A stretch of 64,000 nucleotides of DNA from Bacilli bacterium (lineage in GTDB: Bacteria > Bacillota_I > Bacilli_A > RFN20 > CAG-826). The stretch is from the NCBI GenBank assembly GCA_044372565.1, contig JBILRP010000001.1, forward strand, positions 45,524-109,523, read 5' to 3'. The position numbers were made by a program, and so were the translations under genes. The notes below the pieces were generated by a model. The model ran no database searches and was not told where the DNA came from. It saw nothing but the letters and a program-made list of their open reading frames with translations. This document shows, piece by piece, positions 47,164 to 58,825 of the stretch; position 1 is the first letter of the stretch, and each line of letters begins with the position of its first letter.

Positions 47164-48546
47164 ATGCTAATGGCTATGCAACAAACAAATCTCACAGAAG
47201 GCTCAATCAAAAAAGCCTTACGGCAGATAGCCATTCCTGCCTCCATTGGTTTTCTTTTTAATACTCTTTTTAATGTCGTAGACACCTACTTTGCTGGTCA
47301 ACTTTCCGTTGCCGCCTTAGCGGGTTTAACGATTTCTTTCCCTATCTTTTTAATCACGATTGCCTTGGCCAGTGGGATTGGCACAGGATCAACCGCCCTT
47401 GCTGCCATCGCCTTGGGTAAGAAAAATTATCAAGAATATCATCAAATCGCAAAAAACGCTTTGCTATTGTCACTCTTGGTGGCAGTGGTGCTTCTGATCA
47501 TTTCCCCATTTGCCATTCCATGGTTATTACAAGTATCCGGTGGAACAGGTGAAGCCTTCGATGCAGGTTTGGCTTACATGAATGTGGTCATTGTTGGGGC
47601 CGTCTTTCAAATTCTTAACTTTACCTTCAACGGATTATTATCTGCCCAAGGCAATACCAAACCATTTCGTAATTTTTTGATTATTGGATTCTTCCTTAAT
47701 TTAATTCTTGACCCCATGTTTATCTTTGGTTGGTTTGGTTTACCAGAGTTAGGAACCGCTGGAGTTGCTCTTGCCACGGTGCTCGTTCAAGTGGTTGGGA
47801 CCTTTTATTTAGGTTTTGCCTTTTTTAGATCGAGTCAATATGTGAAAGATATGTTTAAAAAAGCAAAGATTTCCTTGATTTCATTGAGCCAATTATTGAA
47901 GCAAGGCGTTCCGGTTTCATTAAACAATGCCACGATTTCCATCGGTATCTTTATCATTCAATATTACATCTATCAATTTGGATCCACAGAAACGATTGCA
48001 GGATATGGGGTTGCGGTACGGATTGAACAAATTGCCTTACTACCCTCGATTGGTTTAAACATTGCCACCGTCGCCTTGGTCGGTCAAAACTTTGGGGCAC
48101 AACAATGGGAGAGAATTTTACAATCGATCAAACAGGCCGTGAAGTATGGATTGATTTTACTCACCGTTGGATTGGTTATTATTTATCCTTTTGCGCCACA
48201 ACTCGTTGGACTATTCAACGCTGATCCTGTGGTGATTCAAGAAGGGGCCAATTACTTACGCATTGAAGGATTAGCCATTTATACTTACTCCATGATTGGG
48301 ATTGCGAGTAGTGTCATGCAAGCAATCAAGAAACCTTACTATGCTTTAATCATTGGTCTCCTTCGTCAACTAACCCCGATCTTTGTTTTCTTTTTATTAG
48401 GAGAAGTGTTTCAATTAGGGATCAGCGGCGTCTGGTGGGGCATCGTTATGGTCAATTACATCGCTGTTTTATTAGCGTGGTATGTTGTGTATCGGTTGTT
48501 CAATCGTTTGTCACCAATTAAAATGAGGATATTAAAAACTTTATGA
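47164..48546 (+). CDS. MATE family efflux transporter
   Basis: Contains IPASIGFLFNTLFNVVDTYFAGQLS and 12 TM segments. The start may be 47170. Confidence 0.85.
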   Translation: MLMAMQQTNLTEGSIKKALRQIAIPASIGFLFNTLFNVVDTYFAGQLSVAALAGLTISFPIFLITIALASGIGTGSTALAAIALGKKNYQEYHQIAKNALLLSLLVAVVLLIISPFAIPWLLQVSGGTGEAFDAGLAYMNVVIVGAVFQILNFTFNGLLSAQGNTKPFRNFLIIGFFLNLILDPMFIFGWFGLPELGTAGVALATVLVQVVGTFYLGFAFFRSSQYVKDMFKKAKISLISLSQLLKQGVPVSLNNATISIGIFIIQYYIYQFGSTETIAGYGVAVRIEQIALLPSIGLNIATVALVGQNFGAQQWERILQSIKQAVKYGLILLTVGLVIIYPFAPQLVGLFNADPVVIQEGANYLRIEGLAIYTYSMIGIASSVMQAIKKPYYALIIGLLRQLTPIFVFFLLGEVFQLGISGVWWGIVMVNYIAVLLAWYVVYRLFNRLSPIKMRILKTL

Positions 48547-49424
48547 AACATTATGTGACCCATGCCTTATTAGGCAATGCTGCAACGTTAGGAATTCACT
48601 GGATTTATAATGCCGAATTTTTAGCAAATCTCGCCAAAAAACATTCCATTTTATTTCTAAAGCAAGATCCTCAAGTCTATGCTGCTGCCAAACCTTCGTA
48701 TTACGCTTATCCTCATACCAACGTTGGGGATGTGACTAGCCAAGGCATGTTTTTATTTTGGTTAACCAAAGCATTAAAAACCAACCCTAACTTAACTCAA
48801 CTAGAATATAAAGATTTAATTCTAAATCAAATCAAACCAGGTGGCGACTATCAAGGGTACATCGAAACCTATGGTCATAAACTTATCATTAATTCATTGA
48901 ATGAAAAAATGGGTTTAAAGTTACCAGTTGTGCCAATGGATGATGATCATTTGATTGGATTCATTCCTTATATGGCTAGCAAACAACTTGGTTTATCCAC
49001 GAATAAAGCATGGGAACTTGCCCAATTGTTTACAAGCAAGGACGAATACCCAGCGTGTTATCAAATGTTTGACGCAATCATCGATCGATTACCAAAACAA
49101 TCCATGAAACAAGCGATTGAAGCATCGATTGCCCTTGCCCCAAAACGTTACGCGATTCAAATGAAAAAAGCCATCGAACTTAAAGATACCAAAGCGTTTG
49201 TTAAAGATTATGCTGGGACGGCATGTGCCATCAATCAAAGTGTCCCCATCATTATTCATTTGCTGTATCACAGTCAAAACTTAGCGGATGCATGGCTTCG
49301 TAATGCCCTCATTAGTGGGGCGATTGCTGAACGCGCGATGTTATTAACGATGCTCATGGGCATCATTGATCCACCTTCAAAAACCCTCATTCAACGATTG
49401 TCTAAAAATTTGTTGAGTATATGA
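48543..49424 (+). CDS. Hypothetical protein with faint ADP-ribosylglycohydrolase-like features
   Basis: It overlaps the MATE stop by 4 nt. N-terminal ALLGNAATLGIHW and C-terminal ISGAIAERAMLL loosely parallel ARH motifs, but they lack the metal-binding Asp residues. Confidence 0.3.
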   Translation: MKHYVTHALLGNAATLGIHWIYNAEFLANLAKKHSILFLKQDPQVYAAAKPSYYAYPHTNVGDVTSQGMFLFWLTKALKTNPNLTQLEYKDLILNQIKPGGDYQGYIETYGHKLIINSLNEKMGLKLPVVPMDDDHLIGFIPYMASKQLGLSTNKAWELAQLFTSKDEYPACYQMFDAIIDRLPKQSMKQAIEASIALAPKRYAIQMKKAIELKDTKAFVKDYAGTACAINQSVPIIIHLLYHSQNLADAWLRNALISGAIAERAMLLTMLMGIIDPPSKTLIQRLSKNLLSI

Positions 49425-49432
49425 CTTGTTAA

Positions 49433-49452
49433 TTGCCTTACAGTTAAGGCAA
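49433..49452 (+). terminator. Hairpin after the 48543-49424 gene (8-bp stem, no U tract), a possible weak terminator
   Basis: The hairpin is ttgcctta-cagt-taaggcaa. Confidence 0.35.
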
Positions 49453-49486
49453 AATAGAACAATATAAATGCACAAAGGAGTCGGAT

Positions 49487-50299
49487 ATGAAAAAAACTTT
49501 TCTTTTAGTTTCCTCTATCGTCGCAATTGGTTTATTGGCAGGATGTGGTCCTGCAGCGGAGCCCATCCGAGTTGGCATGGACTTACGTTATCCACCTTTT
49601 GAAACCGTCACCACAGACAACGAACCAGAAGGAATCTCGGTTGATGTTGCTAACGCATTTGGCGAATTTTTAGGAAGGCCAACTGAAATCGTGAATACTG
49701 GTTTTGGTGGTTTAATTCCTGCCTTACAATCTGGAGAAATTGACATTGTCATCGCCAGCATGAGCATCACCGATGCTCGTAAAGCAGTGGTCGATTTCAC
49801 GGATCCTTATTTCTTCTTTAAGATTATTACCTTAGTCAACCAAGAGTTTGCCACTGCCAATGGTTTAGATGAAGACTCAACCACAGAAGAATTATTAGCT
49901 TTACCAAACGCCAAGTTTGCAGGGATAGCTTCCCAAGTATCTGCGACGATTCCTACAAGTTATGGAAAAACAGTAACTGAATATATTGACTTAGCTACTG
50001 CCATTGAAGCCGTTGCAGAAAAAGATGCAGATATTTTACTCATGTCAGCGTCACCGGTAGTCAATGCCTACAAAGCAAACCCTGAGGAAACAATTGTTGT
50101 CTGGGATCCATGGGTTTCTTCTCCTATCGGCATGGCGGTGAATAAAGGCAACACGGAATTACTCTCATCTGCCAATGATTTCATCGACACCTTTAATGAT
50201 GAAGATGGATTATATGATCAATTAAGAGCCAATTGGGACACGATTGTACTCGCTCAGCTTGAACGCTATGGCATGGACTTCTATATTAACGAAGCCTAG
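49487..50299 (+). CDS. Amino-acid ABC transporter substrate-binding lipoprotein (family 3)
   Basis: Carries the lipobox LLAGC and DIVIASMSITDARK-type motifs. A GGAG SD is present. Confidence 0.85.
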   Translation: MKKTFLLVSSIVAIGLLAGCGPAAEPIRVGMDLRYPPFETVTTDNEPEGISVDVANAFGEFLGRPTEIVNTGFGGLIPALQSGEIDIVIASMSITDARKAVVDFTDPYFFFKIITLVNQEFATANGLDEDSTTEELLALPNAKFAGIASQVSATIPTSYGKTVTEYIDLATAIEAVAEKDADILLMSASPVVNAYKANPEETIVVWDPWVSSPIGMAVNKGNTELLSSANDFIDTFNDEDGLYDQLRANWDTIVLAQLERYGMDFYINEA

Positions 50300-50305
50300 A
50301 AGCCA

Positions 50306-51037
50306 ATGAAAAAAGTCATTAACTACGCGTTAGCAATTAGCTTGTTTATTGCCTTAATCGTCTATGTCATCTTTGTTCGGGATGCTAATTTCACGTTAGC
50401 ACCTTTGTATGAAGATTATGGCGGACTCATTTTCCAAGGAATATTAAACACCTTATATGTATCCTTCATCGCTTTAATTGGCAGTTTAATCCTAGGATTT
50501 ATCATGTACCTCATGGCAATTTCTAAATCCTATTTCTTTCGCGCGCTGGTGGATGTTTTTACGGAAATCATTTATGGCACGCCACTTTTGGTCATGATTA
50601 TTTTGATGGCGTTTTTAATCGGTCCTGCGTTTGGCAATTTTAACCGGGCCTTTCTTGGCACAGTGGGATTAATCTTGTACATTTCTCCTTACATGAAAAA
50701 TGTCTTCCAATCTTCTTTTTCTTCGATTCCTAAAGAACAATACATGGCGATGGACTTGTTTGGCTTTACCGGGTGGCAACGTTACCAATACATCATCATT
50801 CCGCAAGTGATCAAAGTGTTAATGCCACCTTTGATGAACAACTTCTCTTTGATTGTCAAAGGGAGCGCATTGTTGAATGTTCTTGCCTTTGGAGAACTTT
50901 ATTACGCCATCAACATTGCCCAATCAAGAACGTTTTTATTTGTCGAAGGTTATGTCTTGTTATGGGGAATATACTTGCTGATCACAATTCCTTTATCCCA
51001 ACTCACCAAATGGATTGAAAAAAGGTTACAAGCATGA
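50306..51037 (+). CDS. Amino-acid ABC transporter permease
   Basis: A polytopic protein with an EAA-like loop, placed between the SBP and ATPase genes. Confidence 0.85.
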   Translation: MKKVINYALAISLFIALIVYVIFVRDANFTLAPLYEDYGGLIFQGILNTLYVSFIALIGSLILGFIMYLMAISKSYFFRALVDVFTEIIYGTPLLVMIILMAFLIGPAFGNFNRAFLGTVGLILYISPYMKNVFQSSFSSIPKEQYMAMDLFGFTGWQRYQYIIIPQVIKVLMPPLMNNFSLIVKGSALLNVLAFGELYYAINIAQSRTFLFVEGYVLLWGIYLLITIPLSQLTKWIEKRLQA

Positions 51038-51738
51038 AAATCGATATTTCCAATATTAGCCATCGTTATGATGTCGAAGTATTAAAATCATTAACCTTCC
51101 GATTAGAAGGTTATCATTCCATTGCAATTATTGGCGCATCAGGTTCTGGTAAATCCACCTTGCTTCGCTTGCTCTCTGGTTTAGAAAAACCTAGCCAAGG
51201 AAACATTTTAATTAATGACACGAATGTCAAAGAAGAAAGTTATCGAAAGCTCATCGGATTTGTCTTTCAAAATCATAATCTTTTCCCGCACTTAACCCTT
51301 GAACGTAATATCTCGCTCATCTTAGAAAAAACTCGTGGTTATCAACAAGCGAAAGCCATTGAGATTGCCAGAGACTTTTTAACCAGGGTACGATTAAGTG
51401 ATCAAATGCACAAGCTTCCGAAAAACGTCTCAGGTGGTCAAGCCCAACGTGCGTCCATTGCCCGTGCCTTCTCCTTAGATCCAGAAATTGTCTTCCTAGA
51501 TGAACCAACGGCAAGCTTAGATCCGGTCTTAACTCACGAAGTTTTACAAGCGGTCAACGAGTTCAAAGCTTCGGGGAAGAACTTTATTTTTGTCACCCAC
51601 GTCTTAAGTTTTGTTCGTGATTTTGCCGACTACGTTCTTTTCATGGATCAAGGTCAAATCATTGAACATGGTCCCGTTACCTTATTAGAAAAACCCAATA
51701 CAGACGCATTTAAGAATTACATGTCTTATATTCGTTAG
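51034..51738 (+). CDS. Amino-acid ABC transporter ATP-binding protein
   Basis: Contains Walker A GASGSGKST, signature LSGGQAQRASIARA and Walker B FLDEPTASLD. Confidence 0.92.
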   Translation: MKIDISNISHRYDVEVLKSLTFRLEGYHSIAIIGASGSGKSTLLRLLSGLEKPSQGNILINDTNVKEESYRKLIGFVFQNHNLFPHLTLERNISLILEKTRGYQQAKAIEIARDFLTRVRLSDQMHKLPKNVSGGQAQRASIARAFSLDPEIVFLDEPTASLDPVLTHEVLQAVNEFKASGKNFIFVTHVLSFVRDFADYVLFMDQGQIIEHGPVTLLEKPNTDAFKNYMSYIR

Positions 51739-51746
51739 TGATTCAC

Positions 51747-51775
51747 TTGACACCGCCTTCATAATCGTTTAAATT
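51747..51775 (+). promoter_or_regulatory. groESL promoter (TTGACA-17 nt-TAAATT)
   Basis: The -35 element is at 51747-51752 and the -10 element at 51770-51775. Confidence 0.7.
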
Positions 51776-51779
51776 ATCC

Positions 51780-51806
51780 TTAGCACTTATACAATAAGAG
51801 TGCTAA
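51780..51806 (+). promoter_or_regulatory. CIRCE operator (HrcA binding site)
   Basis: TTAGCACTT-N9-GAGTGCTAA, compared with the consensus TTAGCACTC-N9-GAGTGCTAA. Confidence 0.92.
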
Positions 51807-51819
51807 TGGAGGAATGGCG

Positions 51820-52080
51820 ATGTTAAAACCATTAGAGCTGTATGTTGTCTTAGCCTTGGAAAAAGAAGAAAAGAAAACGGCGTCAGGGATTATTTTAAGC
51901 ACCGATGAAAAAGATAAGCCCGCGTTTGGTAAGGTCCTTGCGGTTGGCCCTAAAGTCGAAGGACTCAAGGTCGGCGATCAAGTGGTTTACCAAACTTATT
52001 CAGGAACGACTGTCAAATTAGAAGGAAAAGATTACTTGGTAATCAAAGCCGAAAACATTTTAGCGAAAGTTGAAAAATAA
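51820..52080 (+). CDS. groES: Co-chaperonin GroES
   Basis: Begins MLKPLELYVV... GGAGG lies 7 nt upstream of the ATG at 51820. The tracked ORF starts 2 codons earlier. Confidence 0.94.
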   Translation: MLKPLELYVVLALEKEEKKTASGIILSTDEKDKPAFGKVLAVGPKVEGLKVGDQVVYQTYSGTTVKLEGKDYLVIKAENILAKVEK

Positions 52081-53715
<1,635 letters not shown>

Positions 53716-53721
53716 TTCGAC

Positions 53722-54276
53722 TTAAAAGAATAAAACGCCAAAGACCGCCCCAATCATCAACAAGATGTACGGGCGGTTTTTTAATGTCGGTAATAATAAG
53801 CCAGTGACAATCATTAAGGACAAAGAGGCAATCGGTAAGTCGATGACTTCATCGATGACCGTCAATCCCATTCTCACGATGGCAATTAAAATCACACCAA
53901 AAATCATCACCCTTAATCCTGACATGACCGCTCGAATATAAGGTGAATGGTGATGTCGGCGGTAAATAGGATATAGCAGCCAAATCAACATCACTGAAGG
54001 AATAAGGAAACTGATGGTGGTGATGACGCCACCAAGCAAACCAAATCGATCAACGCCTAAATATGTTGCCAGGTTGATGGCAATCGGTCCCGGGGTGGAT
54101 TCAGCAATCGTGATCATTTGATAATAAAATTCTTCTGTTAATAAGCCTGAGGTCACAAACACATCAAACAACAAACTAACTGCCACCAATCCACCGCCAA
54201 AAGTGAGACTACCAACCCATAAAAACTGAAGGATTAACCAAAGTAAATTCATCGTGATGTCCTTCTCGATACCCAA
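53722..54276 (-). CDS. Chromate transporter (short CHR family), second half of a pair
   Basis: Contains FGGGLVAVSLL and ESTPGPIAINLATYLG. Confidence 0.8.
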   Translation of the reverse strand: MGIEKDITMNLLWLILQFLWVGSLTFGGGLVAVSLLFDVFVTSGLLTEEFYYQMITIAESTPGPIAINLATYLGVDRFGLLGGVITTISFLIPSVMLIWLLYPIYRRHHHSPYIRAVMSGLRVMIFGVILIAIVRMGLTVIDEVIDLPIASLSLMIVTGLLLPTLKNRPYILLMIGAVFGVLFF

Positions 54277-54791
54277 ACGTAAACAACAATCACCAAGAGT
54301 GAGATTAACAAAATATAACCAGGGGTTAGGATTTGAAAATAAGCCAAACCAAAACTAATCAGTGAAAAAGGAACCATCCACCACTTCTGCCATGCTAGTT
54401 TTCCTAAACTAATGACTGCTTGAAAAAACAACACAAAAACGACGATAAGCATACCCCTTAATGCTGCAACCACTTGGGGATGCTCAAGCAGAGATTCAAA
54501 ACCAATCGCAAGGATGGTGATGATCACCATCGGAGGGATGACCATGCCAAGCATGGCAATCACACTACCTATACGACCTTTAACACGGTAACCAATGAAG
54601 TTCGCACAATTGACGGCAATCGCTCCAGGAGCTAATTGAGATAGGGTCACCACTTCTTCCCATTCGGATTCTTTAATCCATTGATGCCGAACCGCCATGT
54701 TCTTAATAATCGGTAACATGGCGATGCCACCACCAAAAGTAATTAATCCTAATTTAAAGAATTCGAAGAATAAGGTCCTTAACGTCTTCAT
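54249..54791 (-). CDS. Chromate transporter (short CHR family), first half of a pair
   Basis: Contains FGGGIAMLPII and LAPGAIAVNCANFIGY. It overlaps its partner by 28 nt. Confidence 0.8.
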   Translation of the reverse strand: MKTLRTLFFEFFKLGLITFGGGIAMLPIIKNMAVRHQWIKESEWEEVVTLSQLAPGAIAVNCANFIGYRVKGRIGSVIAMLGMVIPPMVIITILAIGFESLLEHPQVVAALRGMLIVVFVLFFQAVISLGKLAWQKWWMVPFSLISFGLAYFQILTPGYILLISLLVIVVYVWVSRRTSR

Positions 54792-54829
54792 GAATCTTAT
54801 TATAAACGTGTCAATTTCTTAAACCCATC

Positions 54830-54854
54830 AAAAAAGCAAAGTTGTTCACTTTGC
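54830..54854 (-). terminator. Rho-independent terminator after the lipoprotein gene
   Basis: The minus strand reads GCAAAGU-gaaca-ACUUUGC followed by U6. Confidence 0.8.
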
Positions 54855-54875
54855 TTTCTTTCGGATAAACTCAAC

Positions 54876-55955
54876 TTAAGCGTTGAGAATGACTTTTGCT
54901 TCTTCGAATAGGACTTTAATCGCGTCAATGATGGTTTGGCGAGCGTCTAACGAAGCAATCAAATCAGTAAGGATAGTATTGAGTTGATCGAGGTTGCTGA
55001 GATTAATTAAATCCTTTAAGGATTGTAATGAGTTCATATTTTCTTCTTGTTGGGTTCGCAGTTGATTCATCGCATTGGCGATGGCTAAGCGTTTGATGGT
55101 TAAGGCTGCTTTTTGTTCAACGCTAAGAGTTTGGTTGTTGGCTTTTAAGGTTGAAACAATTTCACGAATCTCTTTCATGGTTTCTCTGGTTTCGGCACGA
55201 GAACCAATCATGGAAGCTTGCAGAGAGGAAAGGGTTGCAAGTTGAGTTTCAAATAAAGCAAGGGCAGTTAACACATCTTCCGTAAGTGGTGATAAATCGG
55301 CAGGAATGTTGGTGATGAACAATCCACGAATCAATTGTAAGGAAGGTAAGATCGTGACTAATTCTTCTTGAAACGCTTCGGTGAGTGGCATGAGTTCAGT
55401 TAAGATGGTTTGCACATCAACGACCAAGGTTTCATCCCACATCATGGGGCGATTGACTGAGCGGAACAATTGGCGAAGTTCAACCATGAGTTCGCGAATC
55501 TCAGATCGCAAGGATTGAAGCACTAACTTTGTTGCTTCTAAATTCGCTTGCGCTTCGACGACGGCAGCAGCGTCTACTTCAGGTAAGGTAATGTCATTGG
55601 TATCGATAACCGATGCCAAGGCCACAAGAATGCTTGCTTCCATTTTAATGAAGACTCGTTGTTGATTTTGTAAACGTTGGGTTTCTTTTAAGGTCGATAA
55701 TAGTTCTCGAACTTCAACCCAATCATTTTGTAAATCAGAAGTTGACGCCACATCCATAAAGTGCGGATGCTGAAGTTTAAGTTGACCATCACCCATCATG
55801 AATTCATATTCAACTTCTTGATCAAATCCTTCGTCGATAGAAACTAAGGCATTGGCGGTTTGCGCATATAAGACCACTGGGGTATTGGTGGTTGCACAAC
55901 TTGCGAGTAGGATCCCCATACTAGCAAAGACAACGCTGCTGGTTTTAAGATTCAT
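54876..55955 (-). CDS. Lipoprotein, predicted all-alpha/coiled-coil, unknown function
   Basis: Carries the lipobox ILLASC and an AAAGGAGG SD. The body is Leu/Glu/Gln-rich with heptad-like character. Confidence 0.7.
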   Translation of the reverse strand: MNLKTSSVVFASMGILLASCATTNTPVVLYAQTANALVSIDEGFDQEVEYEFMMGDGQLKLQHPHFMDVASTSDLQNDWVEVRELLSTLKETQRLQNQQRVFIKMEASILVALASVIDTNDITLPEVDAAAVVEAQANLEATKLVLQSLRSEIRELMVELRQLFRSVNRPMMWDETLVVDVQTILTELMPLTEAFQEELVTILPSLQLIRGLFITNIPADLSPLTEDVLTALALFETQLATLSSLQASMIGSRAETRETMKEIREIVSTLKANNQTLSVEQKAALTIKRLAIANAMNQLRTQQEENMNSLQSLKDLINLSNLDQLNTILTDLIASLDARQTIIDAIKVLFEEAKVILNA

Positions 55956-56045
55956 ATTGAATCCTCCTTTGAATACTCAAACTATAAACAAATGATTCAG
56001 CAAATTCACCCATTGAAGGACAAGTTGCAATATCCTCACGCTAAC

Positions 56046-57398
56046 TTACTTGATGAGCTTTTTAATGATGTTTAATTTGCTTTGATCATAAGGAGGATAC
56101 GCGATGGGAACATCAATTTTTGTCGATTTCTTAATGTAAGATTTTTGGTGTGAAAAAGTTATAAATGAATATTTGCCGTGATAGGAACCAAAACCTGCTT
56201 GTCCTACCCCACCAAATGGTAAATGGGTGGTGGCGACTTGCATCAAGGCATCATTGATTGCACCATTGCCAAATGATAAGGATTGCCACACGCGTTGTTG
56301 GGTTTGTTTGTTTTCTGAAAATAAATACAAGGCAAGAGGTTTTTCTTTGGTCTTCAGAACTTGAATGACGTCTTCAATCTTTTTAAACGAAAGAATCGGT
56401 AAGATGGGTCCAAAGATTTCTTCTTGCATGACTTTATCTTGCCATTGAACATGATCCATCACCGTCGGTCCAAGGTATTTATCCTTGGCATTAGGCTTGG
56501 ATTCAATGACGACTTTCTTCGGATCAATCAGTAATTGAAGGCGTTGATAATGTCGATCATTGACGATTCGCCCAAACGATTCTAGATTGGAATATCGATG
56601 GTTAATCACTGCACCTAACGCTTTGATAAAGTCTTCTTTGACGGATTCCTGAACATATACATAATCTGGAGCGATGCAAGTTTGTCCGGCATTGGTGAAT
56701 TTAGCAAAGGCAATTCTTTCCGCGGCAACGCGAAGATTCGCCGTTTCATCAATGATGGTAGGACTCTTGCCGCCGAGTTCAAGGGTAACTGGGGTTAAAT
56801 GCTTACTAGCAGCTTCATAGACAATTTGTCCCACGCGCGTGGACCCTGTGAAAAAAATATGATCGAATCTTAAGGTCAATAATTCCGTGGTTACCTTGGC
56901 ATCGCCTTTGACGACGTATAGATACTTTGGATCGAAATGCTTGTTAATGATGGTTTCTAAAATTGCTTCCGTTCTTGGTGTGTATTCAGAAGGTTTGATG
57001 ATCGCCGTGTTCCCAGCAGCAATCGCGCCAATCAGAGGTTCAATCACCAATTGAAATGGATAGTTAAATGGACCAATCAATAAAATATTCCCTTTAGGTT
57101 CTGGTTGGACGAATGCTTTGGCAAATGGGAGAAAAATTTCCCCACGGTGCCGAACGGGTTTCATCCAAGATTTTAATGCCTTAATCGCATGGCCTAAGGA
57201 CCGTAAATTAAAACCAACTTCCGTGGTATAAGCTTCAAATGGACCTTTGTGTAAATCTGCATACAAGGCATCGAGGATGGCTTGTTGATGTTGTTGAATC
57301 AATTGTTTAAGTTTTTTTAATTGGGCAAGACGAAACGCATAGGGTTTGGTCGAATCACTTGCAAAGAATGCCCGTTGTTGTATAAGGATTTTTTCCAT
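56046..57398 (-). CDS. Aldehyde dehydrogenase, family 3-like
   Basis: Contains ELGGKSP, the catalytic Cys context NAGQTCIAPDY and EEIFGPILPI. It is 450 aa long. Confidence 0.9.
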   Translation of the reverse strand: MEKILIQQRAFFASDSTKPYAFRLAQLKKLKQLIQQHQQAILDALYADLHKGPFEAYTTEVGFNLRSLGHAIKALKSWMKPVRHRGEIFLPFAKAFVQPEPKGNILLIGPFNYPFQLVIEPLIGAIAAGNTAIIKPSEYTPRTEAILETIINKHFDPKYLYVVKGDAKVTTELLTLRFDHIFFTGSTRVGQIVYEAASKHLTPVTLELGGKSPTIIDETANLRVAAERIAFAKFTNAGQTCIAPDYVYVQESVKEDFIKALGAVINHRYSNLESFGRIVNDRHYQRLQLLIDPKKVVIESKPNAKDKYLGPTVMDHVQWQDKVMQEEIFGPILPILSFKKIEDVIQVLKTKEKPLALYLFSENKQTQQRVWQSLSFGNGAINDALMQVATTHLPFGGVGQAGFGSYHGKYSFITFSHQKSYIKKSTKIDVPIAYPPYDQSKLNIIKKLIK

Positions 57399-57459
57399 AA
57401 GTACCTCTTGGAAATTATAGCAAACTTATCCAAGTCATTCACAAATGTGATAATGTAAA

Positions 57460-57981
57460 ATGATGAACATCTTTGATGAAAAGTATTGGTTAGAAACCAT
57501 TGCCCGCCTCGTTAGACGCGACTATCGTCCTGAAGAAAAGAATCTCGATAACAATCAGAATGGCATCCTTGAAGCTGAGGGTGATTTATTACCTCATTTT
57601 GAATATAGTCGTGTTGATAAGATTACATTAGAAAAAGGATTTACCTTTAGCGAGCTTCTGTTTAAGTTTATTGACGATCGTCAGCTTAACGAAGTTGAAC
57701 TATATCAACATGTTGGGGTTTCTAAATCCGTATTCTCAAAAATTCGTACGGATGATGATTATCAACCCGATAAAGATACCGTCTTTAAATTTGCGATTGG
57801 ATTGCAATTAAATTTAGAAGAGGGGATTGAATTTTTAGCCTCAGCAGGATTTAATTTTAAAGTAAGTTCTCACCGCGACTTGGTGATTCGTCATTGTTTG
57901 AGTTTAAGAAAATATCGTTTGATGATGGTGGATACCTCACTTATTCAATTCAATGAAAAACCTTTATTCTCATCAAAATAA
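57460..57981 (+). CDS. Hypothetical protein with an XRE-like helix-turn-helix in its central part
   Basis: ELYQHVGVSKSVFSKIRT is HTH-like. Confidence 0.5.
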   Translation: MMNIFDEKYWLETIARLVRRDYRPEEKNLDNNQNGILEAEGDLLPHFEYSRVDKITLEKGFTFSELLFKFIDDRQLNEVELYQHVGVSKSVFSKIRTDDDYQPDKDTVFKFAIGLQLNLEEGIEFLASAGFNFKVSSHRDLVIRHCLSLRKYRLMMVDTSLIQFNEKPLFSSK

Positions 57982-58003
57982 TCAAACAAGCAAACCTTAA
58001 ACC

Positions 58004-58825
58004 TTATAAAAATAAAAACTTTAAAATTAAAGGTAATCTTGTTCGCCATGCCGTTTCATTATGTTGACCACCTGGGATAATCTCAAAGCGAGTGATGGTT
58101 TTTGCTTTCTTTAAAAGAATGGCGTCATTGACAGCACGATTGGATTGCATATAAGCGGTGGCAATCTCTAACCCGGCTTCTTGATCACCCGTGTCTAAAT
58201 AAAGCTTCTTGAGCATAAGCGGTTTTTGTTCAATCAATTGAATGATTTGTTTGGTGGAAGCATAAAACGCATTCGATAAGCCAGCGACATTACCAACCAT
58301 TTCCGGGAAGAGTAAACCGGCTTGTAAGGAAATAACTCCACCCATGGAACTCCCTAACATGTAGGTATGTTCTGGGCCTTTTAAGGTTGAAAATCTCCTA
58401 TCAATTTCTGGTTTTAAATCATAAAAAAGATACTGTAAATAATCCATCCCTTTGCCGTGAGCAATCCAGGTAGGGTTACTAGGAAAGCGTGAATCAAACA
58501 CGTTGTATTCTGAGATGCGTTGATTTCCTTTGGTCGCACAGCTTAAGGCGACAACGATGCAATCTGGGATACCTTTGGCGCGAAAGGCTTGAGGAACATC
58601 CCAAATTTCACCAGCGTAGGAATCTTGTTGATAAAACAAATTATGACCATCGTGAAAATAAACAACCGGATATTGCTTTTTTGTATCGTAGCGATCAGGC
58701 AAACCAATGTATAGGTTTGCATCTCGCTTTAATGCATCGATGTAACGTGGTTCTTTTAAAATTTTCACCACTTCAATATTAACATAACCCAGCATGCCTA
58801 ATGATCGATATCTAATGATAAACAT
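58004..58825 (-). CDS. Alpha/beta hydrolase, putative esterase family
   Basis: Contains YPVVYFHDGHNLF and the nucleophile elbow GSSMGG. The start is 58825 or 58795. Confidence 0.8.
   Translation of the reverse strand: MFIIRYRSLGMLGYVNIEVVKILKEPRYIDALKRDANLYIGLPDRYDTKKQYPVVYFHDGHNLFYQQDSYAGEIWDVPQAFRAKGIPDCIVVALSCATKGNQRISEYNVFDSRFPSNPTWIAHGKGMDYLQYLFYDLKPEIDRRFSTLKGPEHTYMLGSSMGGVISLQAGLLFPEMVGNVAGLSNAFYASTKQIIQLIEQKPLMLKKLYLDTGDQEAGLEIATAYMQSNRAVNDAILLKKAKTITRFEIIPGGQHNETAWRTRLPLILKFLFL

Noticed and set aside
53722-54791. Two ~180-aa chromate-transporter ORFs as a frameshifted pseudogene of a full-length chrA
   Set aside because: Each ORF has its own complete CHR-domain signature (FGGG…PGP/PGA). 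They overlap by 28 nt in different frames with proper starts. Paired short-chain CHR genes are a known arrangement, for example the Bacillus ywrA/ywrB type.
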